Origin: Phoronis australis
Lineage: Eukaryota > Animalia > Phoronida
DNA: 64,000 bases
Assembly (NCBI GenBank): GCA_002633005.1
Contig: NMRA01000201.1
Coordinates: forward strand, 1-64,000
Reading direction: 5' to 3'
The stretch's first letter is position 1; each line of letters starts with the position of its first letter. The notes under the pieces are model-generated. The model did not search any database, had not been told where the DNA came from, and saw nothing but the letters and a program-made list of their open reading frames with translations. The translations under genes and the position numbers were made by a program. Shown in pieces: positions 1-12,900 of the stretch.

Positions 1-844
1 CAATAAATTGAACGTTTTCAACCATCAATGACTGCGGCCATCCTCAGAAAGATGGGTTATGCGGACTTGATGTATTCCTGTCTAGGGTCACAAAATACGA
101 TGTCATAAATGTCAGAAAGAGGATACAGACCTATGTCATGATTCATGTCCCCATCACCTGCTTTCCAAATAAATAGGCTTTACTGTATCCAGCGTCAATT
201 TCTGAGGACAACTGCACTGACTCTCTGACAGTTGAAAATGTTCAATTTATAGTGAGTACTCGACTGTGTCCCGCCTAATATTTGACACACCAATCGTATG
301 AAATTACTTACTGAATGTTACCTGCTAAAATTCTTCAAATATTTAAAGTAGAATGCGGCCAGAACATGTAATTTTATTTTGTTCACTTTCTTTAAGATGA
401 ATATTTTAGAAAATTCATCTTCACTATTACAGTCTCTACAAACATTGTTCTGGAGTCAAAAACGACTATCTTTACAGACGTTGAGAAAATGGACAGATAC
501 AGAGGAAAACATACAAAACTTAAATTGCCACTAGGGGGCACTGCATTAGCCAGATCCTTCCGTCATAAAAACACATTTGCCAATTTTCAAGAAGATCCTC
601 CAAGGGGTTAAGCAGATACAGCAGTAGAAGGCAGACACTCAGAGATGACAGCAATATGCACCAACCCACACACTTATAAGCGTTCTTATGTTGGGTAAAC
701 TCTAAATGGTTCACTTCAGTGGCGAGCAGCCACAGATTCAGTGTTACTGAGAATGTCTGGTTGTGAGCTCTAGCCACACCTTGAATGATGGCTACAATAA
801 TTAACACTGAAAAAAGTTCCAACAGCACCACAACAATATCGTAC

Positions 845-960
845 CTTCATTTTCTGCATTGCCGCCATTATTGCTGGTGGAGGGTTCTTCCTCTGGTTTG
901 GCATGCAACTGTGACATGTCCCCGATTATTTCAAACTCCTCGTCATCTTCTAGTTTATCT
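845..960 (-). CDS. UBA2: UBA2 exon 15 ([38 protein letters not shown])
   Basis: cattag acceptor, GTACGA donor, 116 nt; EFEIIGD matches the UBA2 EFEVVGD motif. Confidence 0.88.
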
Positions 961-3900
961 CTAATGAACAGAAAAAAGGCCAAGTATATATTTTGAAACA
1001 ATAAATTTGCCCTTCGCCCGCTGCACCCTTTTGCACGATCATATTAGTCATCTTCAGACAAGAGAACATGGTAAACTGTATAAAGCCCAAAATAATCCAT
1101 AAAAACATACTTCCTGTTCATTAGTTGATAATTTCCTCAAGTTTTGGTGGAAAGTTATCCACTATGAAGTCGTTTTTGGTCAATGTCGCATATTTTACTA
1201 AATGTATTTAGAATCTTTCTAAGTGATTTGCATGAAATGACATAAATAATTCCACACTGGCAGTTTGATGATGCCAATAATGCAAACAATGTGTGCCTGA
1301 TAGGTTGAATTGTTTAGTTTTATTAACTGTTTCTGGCATCATTGCTCAAGTCAAAATAAAATTGTAGTGTAATTTGGCTGGAACTGAAAAATGTGCGGGT
1401 GTCCCGCAACTGGGTACAGTTATCAGAATAAACAAAGGAAGGGATGTGGCTTACTTGGACTGATAGATATTTTTGGAAATTGCTTACTGTGTCAACACCT
1501 TTCGTTTCAGGAAATGATATTCATATTAGCTTCAATTTTGTAGAAATTGGCTGAAACAGTTCGAAATACCTGTTAAAAAGTAAAGTATGCCAAATTGACT
1601 AAAACGGCATTCATAAACGTGTTCTCCATTAGCACTAAATTGTTCTTCATCGCAACCATGTTTAACGCTCAAACCACAAAATATGTCACAAATATTCTGT
1701 CAAACTGGTGACATTGGTAACCTAGTAGACAGCTGGCAGACGGCTCTGGGCACCTTGCCAACCTTCCACCATCCTGGCACGTCTGATTGGCACCTACTCA
1801 ACAAAATATTCATGACTGACAGTGTATCCAAGCATATGTTGGAACAGGACCTTCAGAACTTAATACCTGGCTTTCATAAATGTTAAACAATTAACTGTAG
1901 TTATACAAATCAACCAATGTCCAAAGCCATACACATGAATTATGTTAACGACTAGGTTGTAGCACTGTAGGAAATCATCGCAAACAAGTCGCGACCCATT
2001 TCTGATGCCAAAGTTGGAGAGGAACTTGTCAGAATTCTGTTCCGTTTCCCCTTCCTCGCTGGATATGAGTATGGAACCTGAAATGTCAAAAATTAAAAAA
2101 AAACTATTATACTTAAAGTAAACAGTCTGCCTCCCATCATAAAAACAACTTTTGATTTCAACCAATTACTGTTATGAAATGGGTTTCAAATTGACCCTTT
2201 CATAACATCGGAGATTTCCATGTTGCAAAAGAACTAAAAATTGACCAAGCATGGTCTCAACAAATAAAGAATTGTCAGTTCTTCGCCATAACCAGAAATC
2301 ACTTGCCATGTAAGGGACAAGTTGAGATCAATTTTATAGAGCTAAATAATATAAGTTCATTTCTTGGATGGAATGCGGGATTCAAATTGACCTGCAGTGA
2401 AATTCACTTTAAGTTAATGTCATTTTCAGAGAACAGTGATTGTTGTTGTATAACACAGCGCTTGGAATGATCAATGAGAAAAAAGAGGAAACTGGAAATC
2501 AAATAAGAGATGGAAACCAAAAAAGAGGAAATCCTCTTAAAAGAGGAAAATTCCAAGCCTTGATAACAATCCTGTCTGTAATTCTAGGACTAAGACAAGG
2601 TTGAACAGCAAAACATGTTATCACTTCTAGTTTGTGGCTGTTTGAATGTCACGCCACCAGTTTCCAAAAAGTTGCCATTTTCAGAGAAAATCAACTCAAA
2701 AAAGGCAGACAAAAGTATCATTAAAATGGTTGTTAGTAAGTAACACATCACCTTTATCGTCATCAATTTCTACGTCCGGTGCGGCCATACCCAGCTTACT
2801 TTTGAGAATCTGAAAACAGTATGAACACGCGACTGAAAAAGACACACTAAAACGTACCAATTGCAGACTTGACATCTGATAATAACAAACACCAGTTAGT
2901 GTTTAAGTACCACTTATCAAGCTTATGCACCACACAGTCCGTATGCATAAACATGCACATGTGAAATGAAACACACTCACAGTTTAAAACTGTTGGTCAG
3001 ATATAAGTTCGGGCAGCTTTTTAATTTTTATTCTTCAAGCAACCGGAGCAATCCCAACGAAAGAGGGAAGCTTTCATAGGGAACTAAGAACTTCCACTGA
3101 AAATCAAAGGAACGACTCATCAAGAAAGAGAATGAAGGTCCTCTCTTGGTTGTGTCTTCAGAGCACACCACACTCACCTAACTGTATCAAGCCAAAGTGC
3201 CAAACTTCAAACTCGAATAAACTCGAAATAACCAATTGAAAGTCCATTCAGTACATAGTGTAAAACAATGGTTTTCAAAGATGGCGGTGCACAGGGCTTT
3301 AACCACTACACCCTCACTGGTTCTTTACCAGCTACACTTGTGGCCCAAGAAACCATACACCAGCACCACTCCTGGTCCACAGGCATATCCACTGTACCTT
3401 GTCTTCGAGTGTCTTGACTGTGGTGGTGGCTGTGTTGAGTTTGACAGCCACTTCGGGCTTCTCGCAGCAGGCCAGACACTTGGGGTTGGGCTTCATAAGC
3501 GTACACGGCACCAAGATGCGCTTACGAGGGTTTGGTTTCTTGGTGAGGTACACCTGCAAGTAAATTATACCATGGTAAAAAAAAAAAATTCTACTATTAC
3601 ATGGCAGAAAAGTGGAAATTAGGTTATTTAATTTCGTAAAGAAAATTATAACAACTGATAACTTTCTGCTTTGTTGTGACCTTGCTTAGTACTTAACACT
3701 TGCTACTAAATGGCAGCTGGTACACTTTCAAGCGTTTTCAACAATATAGTATGCCTTTAATTATGCTAACCTGTTCTTACTGGTCATCAACACCAGATTT
3801 GAGAGCCTGTGAAGATGTTCAGTTTGCGGTCAGATTTCTCACTTTGCGTTTAAAATCCTTGGATAATTTACGACCGATTTCTCTCTATATTATTCTCATC

Positions 3901-6900
3901 AAAATTTGCAAACAACTTTCAACTGGTAAACAGTCAACAACTTAATGGTTTGAGAAAGACACAAGAGTGCTTAGTATAAACAATGACCCTGGGACACAAA
4001 GTCTTGAAAAGAAAACAGTACATATACTATCTTGATCAAAACATTAGAAATCATTACAATGGAGTGCTTACAGTTTTACAGTCAGCCAGTCTACCCTGCA
4101 GGATTTTGAGTGATTCCATCACGATCAATGCTGCTACAACTGCGTTCGTAGTGGCAATGGCTGGAATGATGTTGCCTGCCATGGCTGTAAAGTAGAATGG
4201 AACAATAACTGAGGGAATGGAGTCTCATTTTTTATTTTCCTTCAAACAAAGTAAATATGGGCCAGGAAAAATGAAGACTTGGGAAGTTGTCTTAAAAAGG
4301 GACTTGCATGGGTGATATGACAGTATTTTGAGACTGTACAGCTATAGTTGCTTTTTTAACTATTAGCCGTCTGCTTTATTGTTGCACTATGAACAACTGT
4401 CAAAAATACAGAGAGCTCGAGAGAATATCATAATTGAAAATTATTATTAATCATGAACATTTGTATCGAGTTCAACAATTTTGTCTACAGGAGGGGCTGC
4501 AGTCAAATTATTCTGACGAAAAGAAATGAATAGATCATACAAGACACTTCGATGATTTTGTGCAGATTACGTCAAAAATAATGAAAGAAAATGACCGGAA
4601 TTCCTCATCACGATGACCAAGTGCAAGAGGTATTTACTGTCATAGTAACCGGAATGACAGCTCACATTATCTGCCATAACGGAGAAACTGGGTTTTATCC
4701 AATACTTTTTTACATATATTGTACAATAAAAAATCCAACTTTAGAATTCCGACATCTCATCAGAAAACAACAACACAACTGCATTGCCCAAATCATCCAA
4801 AATTCTGCAAGCTGCCAGCATAACTAAAGTAAGCTTTCCCCAAGGCTGGGTCACGTACATTTGATATCAAACCGTGACTTGAGAGGTATTCCGAAGATGT
4901 GAGCTCGGATGTTGGCAGCCGCTGTCACAAAATCCATAGCAGGGTCATCGTCCTGAAAAATACCATTAATCGGACTGCATGATACTGAAGCCATACATTT
5001 GTTCACCACTTTCTTACACAATTAATAGAAAACACAAGTTGGAAAACCATTTTAAGCACCGGACATGCACTTCAATGAACATGTTCCTTACGTTTAGTGG
5101 AAGAGTGTCCAAATCAACTGGTCAAATCACCGAAATAAACCCTCAGGCAATCATAAGTATTTTATTTCATGTAATTATTTTCCCACTGGGCCCACTTGAA
5201 AATCAGTGTATTCACTGAAGTGGTCACCCGGTCTTTTAAAAGAAGTTTAAATAAATAAATAAGTTAACCTTTAACTTACACATAGTTTCTAAAACCTATT
5301 AGTCTGTTACATTAACCTCTAGCCAACCCACATTGACACTACATGTCGGTCAGTCATTTCTCCAGCCATCTTGAGGGATTACAACATTCCAGGAACAAGC
5401 ACAGCTACATGGCATATCATGCCAATGTCAAAAGGCTAGATAGAGGTTGGTTGGTGTAAATAGACCCAACAGATTTTAGAAATGCAGTTACTATATCACC
5501 ACATCTAAGCGTTTTTCTCCTCCATGCCTGCCAGCCACTTTACAAAAAACCTCCTATTTTTCTATGTATCTGCACTGTGCAATATTCCCCTAAAGCCACA
5601 CAGCAACAAATGCACTAGCCTACCTTGTCCCAGACCAGGATGCCCTCTGACCCCTGTTTGGACAGCTCATCACGGAGGGTGGCCAAGCTGTCTTTGAACA
5701 TGTTGGCGTAGCTCTCCACGCTCTCCACCCGCTGGTCCTTCATCTCCGACTGGTTTGAAGAGTCACCTGAAACTGCAAGATGTTAAGAATGTGACAATGT
5801 AGGACATAAGCAGACAACACTGAGATAGCACAAATGATAACCAAAGCCATGGCACAAATCTGGTGCTATTACACCATAATTATCTATTCAGTGGCACAGG
5901 TTTGATTACAGGGCCAAGCTCTCAAGTCCGTCCTGCACCCTTTTGTCAAGAGTTCAAAATGATGTGAATATTTGAGGATGACCTTTGACAAGGGGTCACG
6001 TTGCCCTTGATGATTATTACAACCCATCGTTGCTGTTGAGGGCAGGTTTGCTCTACATAACCTCTATTGAGACTCCAGTAATGACATTCTCTGACTAATG
6101 TTCAACATTAGACCCAGACTGATGGTATGACAAGTATCCATACAGTGCTTTCCCACAACAATACCAAAAATAAAATTCATCATCAATCAAAGGCATTCTA
6201 CATTTATTTCCCCTGAAAGCATCTCCATTTAGCCACCACAACTGATCACAGGATCATTGAGGAAGAAAAATTTGATAAAGCAACCAGGTGCTTGATAAGT
6301 AGGTGTAACTAAGCTCTTATGCAAACAGTTTTAAAGCTCGTATGCACCCTGCCCCTGTCACGACGAGATTAAGACTAACAAAAGTGAAAACTGGCCTCCA
6401 TTTTCAGATAAAAAGAGACTAGAGAAAAACTGCCGGTACATTACAGTCTCAGAAGATGCGACTCGATGAGTTCATACAAGCACAAAAAGCCAGGAAATAG
6501 AGCAGTTCCATTACAGAACACTAGAGGAAGTAAAAGCAGCAGGTCCATTAACAATTCAATTTTATCCTTAACTAACCTTCAGTGGGTAGCTCATGCCAGT
6601 TGAGTGGGGTCGGAGGTCGCCGGCTCTTCCACAGTGTGTCCATCGACAGCAGGTACTTAATGTCGTTGCAAAACAGCTGCAAAGAAGAGGTAGAATATTT
6701 TGATTTAATGAAATAAAGCAACGTATAAACATCCATTATGGACTAAACAACTGAAAATCACATTTTCAGGAATATTGTTGGATGGCATAGCTTTTATCAT
6801 TTTACAACAAAATTGCCAAACCTCATCATTGTCTACCATATATTTGCTTTAAAAATCAAGACCCGTGACTTAACCATTTAATACCCGATTTATAGTGTGA

Positions 6901-9900
6901 GGTTTAGCTCCATCAACAGATCATTAGACTGTGACTGTAGATGTTGCATGTTTGATTTCGTGCTGAGGCCAATCTCAGAAAATCACTTTTCTTGCAATGA
7001 TATCTCTTTAAACACTTCTTGGTTTTCAGTGGTAAGACAGTGGCGGATCTAAGATATCATAAGGGGGGCCCCAACACTTTGTCTCAGGCAATCGCGTAAA
7101 GTCTGACTGCATGAATGAGGGCTTGGACTTCCGAGACTGTGGACCTCCTTGCTGAAATGCAACCGCGCGACTAAGAGAAAAAACGGGGAGAGGCTTCCTA
7201 CCTCTTGTTTCGGCCGCTTCGACATTACCAGGGTTAGTTGGTAAACTCAATATTTCCTCACGCTCTTGCTGTCTTCCTGTTTTATTTTTTGGCAGCAGTT
7301 AACAAGGGGGGACATTTTCAACTTGGCAAAGCCCGACCTGTTTACCTTCAAAACTGCATTTGTGTACTTTGGACACCAGATCTGCAGATTTTTCAGTAAA
7401 CTTGCAGATTTTAGTGTACAGACCAAACATTGAAAATTCGAACTTTTCAGCGTGTTCGCGTGTTGAAACTGTGTTCAGATTATACTTTTCCTAGTTACTT
7501 ACCTTTGAAACAGTTTTTAAAATACACGTAGTGATTTGACCACCAATTTTCAGAATTATCTATGGTGTTTAGTTGGTGGACTGCACTTGCTGTAGTGAAA
7601 AGATTCAGTTAATCAATAGAAAGGTTCCTTATTGACCATAGTTATATTAATACATGCGGCAATCATGGTAATATACACCGTGAATCATGGTAAGTTGGAT
7701 ACACACAAAAAGTTCCTTGCTTCAAAAGTTGTGCTCGTTTCTGAGCACAAAAACATATCCGCAAAAAAGTACTCATGGGTCTGCACTAGACAATGTTTTG
7801 CACCAGGCGACGTGTTCTTAATCATTCACAAAAGTTTGGAATTGTTATTCATTGCAAGCATCTGTGAACACGTACCACCATACTGCATGTGAAAAAACCT
7901 TGAGTGTTGCCGTCGGCTCAACATGCCGCAAAGTCAGTGCGCTCACCACGTGCATAAGAAAACAATGTGCTACACAACTTGCAGTATAAATTGGGCGGTC
8001 CCTTCCATAAGACACCGTCATTCTTTGGAATAACGTGACAAAAACAGATGTTCCCTTCTTTCAGGTGCTCCATTCTTCACAGCTCAGAATGTGCGGCCAC
8101 TCATGCTTTGCCAATTTGACAACAGTGCATATTTAGCTGGAGATAGCCGGAATTAAACAAAGTAAACAATCCACCAATCATAGAAGTCGTTGTTTGTAGT
8201 TTAGGCTGGTAATGATGGATATCGATAGAAGCCTTGCGGTTCGTCAATTATTTTGTAATACTTAGCATGAATTGGAGCAAGTTTACAACTTCAGAGCTCA
8301 TGATTTTAGTTAAAGTAATATGATTATATACTTTTAATTTCTAATTTATTTTTACTATTAGCTTATCACTGAGTAACAAGTCGGTAAATAATCTGCTTCG
8401 AATTTGTGTATTTTTGCCTGGTCTTGCATGCGTTCGTACTACACGCCAAATTTTCGTATTGTCAGGATATAGACTGACACTGTTTTTATTTGTATTGCTT
8501 TGTTTTGTTATTCTGTTTGATTGGCATGACCCCTGAGTTAAGTACAGTGATGATGTAATTTGTTTACTGCAGAATAGTATGGAACTTTCTAGAGGACTGA
8601 GTTCAGTACAATGATGATGTCATTTGTTTACTACAGTATAGTGAGGAACTTTCTAGAAGACTCTAGCATGACAGTGATTGATGTAGTCTGGAATATTCTA
8701 GAGACTAGTACATGTTTGTAGAATGGTTGGGTAGATTCAGGAAAGTTCTAGAATGTGCTTGAATAAATGAAAAGTTCCAGAACAATGCATTAACCTATAA
8801 ATACACAAGCTCGGGTTTATGTTAGTCAGATCAAGTCAGTTAATCGGTGAGTTCAAGAAAGTTAATCAGGAGATTACAGGTGAGTTGCACTGAAAAGAAT
8901 CAGCAGTTACAGCGATAGCCAATAGAGAGCCAGCTATAGAGACAGCAGGTTATTGAATCGACGAGTGTAACAGTTGCTGAACGTGTCTCAGAAGTTCATC
9001 ACAAGTCAAGGCTTCGCAGCACTGGCTGGAGCATAAACAGACATTACGTCGGACGTTTTGTTTGAGTAGGCCTGTGAACATACGGTCAGAATTAATTAAG
9101 AATTAAGTCGAACCAGTCTTCAGCCAATCGTCGCACCGAAAGCTATTAGCACCGGTCTGTAACAACCTGTGCCCACCCACACACGGGGAAAAACGTGACA
9201 CGTACGAATCTGCATTTTTTGCGCATGGTACACAGGTTTGCAAAGCCATGCTCAATACAACGTCGACTATCTACATGCACAATGGTGACATAATTCATTA
9301 TTTTATTCTGGCATTGAGATTTCATGGTGAGTTAAAACTACAAGTGTTGAGATGTTTTGGTGCACCGTAACTTGAAAATCTTAATTTTTACATGGTTTAC
9401 CATAACCTCCTAACATGGATAATTTGCTGTTTGTTATTGAAGGTATTTTTGTAATCATAAGTAAGTATATGGCAACAGAAAAGTGCGATTCACACTGGTT
9501 TTAATTATAGGAAAACAATAGCATACAGTGTCCACGTGACTCGAAAACAGATGGAAAACCCAATACTGCTCAACTAAGCCCAGTCGTAAGAGTTCATAGA
9601 AGCGAACAATACCTTGGTGAATATCTTCATCGCGTCGTAATTAACAGAGTGCGCCCAGTCTCGCGTGGATCTGCGAAGAATTCCGCCCACAGCATCGTCA
9701 TTGTTTACTGCCTCTTTTTCAAGTGCCGATTTTCCAGCATCCGCTACAAAATAACCAACACAATTTATCAGAGTACACCAACTAGGCAACAGCCAATCAG
9801 CTGCCAGTCCAGCAGAAACTGTAACAACATCGCTGCAGGCCAGTCTTAAAAAAAATGGTCGAACTGTATGTGCAAAAACTTTTAATTTTATTTAAACTAC

Positions 9901-12900
9901 TATTAAATTTGTCTAAAGTTGACTCCTATTAAGATTAAGAGTTTGCATTTGAGAAAAATCGATATTTCCCTTTTGCTCGTGGTCACTCAATGAACTGGCT
10001 TGACACAATGGCTTATGTTCAATATGGTACTCCATCTACTGCTTGGTCTCCAAGTTGGTCAATTTGGACAGTCATGTTGAGAGTGTGAATCAGAAGTCAG
10101 TTCTTTGACACAAGGTGTGTACTTAGCTGCTTAAAAGCAATTCAAATTGAAAGTCTTACAAATAGTTTCAATCTGGCAAAAAGCAGGTTACTCATTCAAT
10201 CGTGTTTTTAATCTGGGCAAACCACTGATTGGCAGACCATCTAGTAAATCAATTGAACAAATGCATTCGAAGTTCAAAAAAAAATGAAAAACGGAATACC
10301 AAAAATCAAAGTATATGAACCTTGCCAGGCATTTACCATGAGACAAAATTACACAGGAAGATCAACTAAGATATTGGGAGTCCTTCACAGATTGATTACA
10401 CCTGCTGCATGTGTGTTCCCTATCTAAAACTGTTTTCAATTTCCTTTTACCTGGCTGTCCAAAAAATAAGGCCAGGTACACCGACAAAATTGGTTTCCAA
10501 CATTTTCCTACCACGATAACGTTGAATAAAGAAACAGAAGTATTCCTGGCAAGGAAACTTTCAAGCCAACTGGCAGGAAAAGTAGACCAACTTTAAGTGT
10601 TTGCAAAGACACAAAACCTTCCAAGTTTAACTCTGCAAAGGAAATCTGTGTTTTGAACAATTTCACATTAATAATGTGTCCTAAAAGCCCCTACCATTGG
10701 TGCCACCTACCCATAAGTTCTGGATCCTCCCCATCGGGGGACACGTCCTGGTCTGGGTCATCCTCCCCATACAGCTGACTGAAACACAAACAAGTGAAAG
10801 AAAAACTAGTTCACTGGCTAAAAGAGCATGTTCACACTTAAAGCTAAATACTAGTTTACAGGGCAGAAGGAGAAGTTCACATGAAGTTAAAGACTATTTC
10901 ACAGGGTAAAAGACCAAGTTCACACTAATTTAAAGACTAGTTCACAGGGTACAAGGAAAAGTTCACATTAAGTTAAAAGGCTAGTTCACTCGGCAAGAGG
11001 GCAAGTTCACACTCAGCGAAATAAAAATCACTTTCCATGACCCAAAGATGGTTCAGTCAGTAAGCTCCTAATTATATGATTAATACTTCCCTTGAGAGAT
11101 AAAACCATTATTCAGCAATAGCACTTCCTAACAGAGTCACAAATATATCCTGTGCCATGTTGGACTTCTTCACATCTGTGAAAATAACTAATTAGAACCC
11201 CTGGGTATTCAATAGGCTAAAACAGGACTTTCAAATTTTTATTACTATACTGGACAGGTGACCCTAACATCACCTTTAGATTAACTATTTGAATTTCAAG
11301 CTAATAATTCTAAAACAGTAAAAAAATTTTGATGAGCACTTTTCACAGACCCCCAGAAATTGCTTTCCCATTAGATCTCTGTTCTCATTCACGACCCTTG
11401 CATACACTCACAACTAAGACCGATTACTGAGGAGTTAGTGTAATGCTCGTTCATTAGTCAGTATTTGAACCTGTGTCTCCGAAACAGGAGTCCAGAGCTC
11501 AAACAACAGACCCACACAGACTCCTCACTTACTTGAACAGATGTTTTGCCCAAACAATACAATGTATAGGCTCTGAAGGTGTGTTTCGGATTGTGCAACC
11601 TGGAAAACTCTTTTGTCTTGGCTTAGGTTGACATTCGTAGCACTCTGTCTCACCCTGTAAACAAAAGTCTACATTTAGCTGCTGTGACCCTGTTTAAATT
11701 CAACATGTCTACACGAGTAGTTGAACAAAGCATCTAAAGGTTTTGTTCATTTACAATTACACATTTGTACCAAAATCCTGGACACAAAAACTTGCTTATG
11801 ACTGACGGACCAGGATTGCACGAGAAACCCGACCACATCAATGGCTTTTTGAATTAAAGCGAGATTGCACATGAACATCCCACTCTCAAAACAAGTTAGA
11901 CTATTTTGGTGGTACACAAAAGAAGGAGATGGGATATTTTGTTACATCTTAATTTTGCACTTGCTTCAGAAATAAAGTAGATCAGACACTTCTAGTTTCC
12001 CTTACCACTTCTGCAAAGGAGCTCATAAGTGGTGTTTTGCTGGCCTTTACTACCCCAAATTTATTTTGGTTAGAAACAACCAATTTTTGGGCCTCTGAAA
12101 GCAGTTCGTGACACCTCAGAAAATTTACCTTTTAGCCTCAATATACTGCCTTTTGTGATGCTACGTCGCCTATGATACATTCTTTTACATTTACATAGTG
12201 TTCGATTAGAAAACCATTTCAATTATTTAGCAGGGTTCACAGGTTACGAACCTTCTTGATGACAGTCACCTGACCTAGGTAACCTGCCGTTCCGCTTTCA
12301 ATTAAAGGTACGTTGGCCGCCAGGCACATTTTGTTGACATGGTTACGGGCAGCGGTGTTGTCCAGTGCATTCATCACCATGTCAAACTGCTTATAGAAGT
12401 TGACATCGTAGTCTTGGCTACGGATGAAACAAAACTGTAATTAACTACGCTAATTGTGAACAACATTAAGGAGCGGAACTTCTACTACAATTAGTGTTTT
12501 GTTAAAAGTACATTGTGTGCTGTAAATAAGACTATTAGTTTGGAATTTCCTGACTCACAAAATGGCGAGTGCCGATCATATTAATTTATATATTTGGAAT
12601 AATTACAAAAAATCACATAACCCAAATAACTCTTCATGTTTTCTACTGTTATGCTGGAGTCAGAATGGATCTCAAAGCTTAAAGGCAAAGGCAACCTATT
12701 TGCATGTCATTTTCGTTGATTATCCCAGACATATTTTCCACTTAATTACAGCTTTTCGTAATTTGATTAATTATTCGTTTTCTACTCCGGAAGTGACGTT
12801 TTAGGAGGCAAGGATTTTGCGCCAATTTCTTTTCATATAGTCTGACTGTGAGAGCAGTCGAGTCAGTCATTGTTTTACCTCGGTTGTGATAAGTTCGGTC

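Noticed and set aside
1-840. Terminal UBA2 exon (RKRK NLS and C-terminal SIM) and ORF 520-831
   Set aside because: No such peptide was found on the minus strand; the ORF has no recognisable similarity, so the region is treated as intron.
3236-4195. Plus-strand ORFs 3236-3622 and 3983-4195 (similarly 9649, 10697, 59979, 60828)
   Set aside because: Antisense shadows of real UBA2 or PLCG exons.
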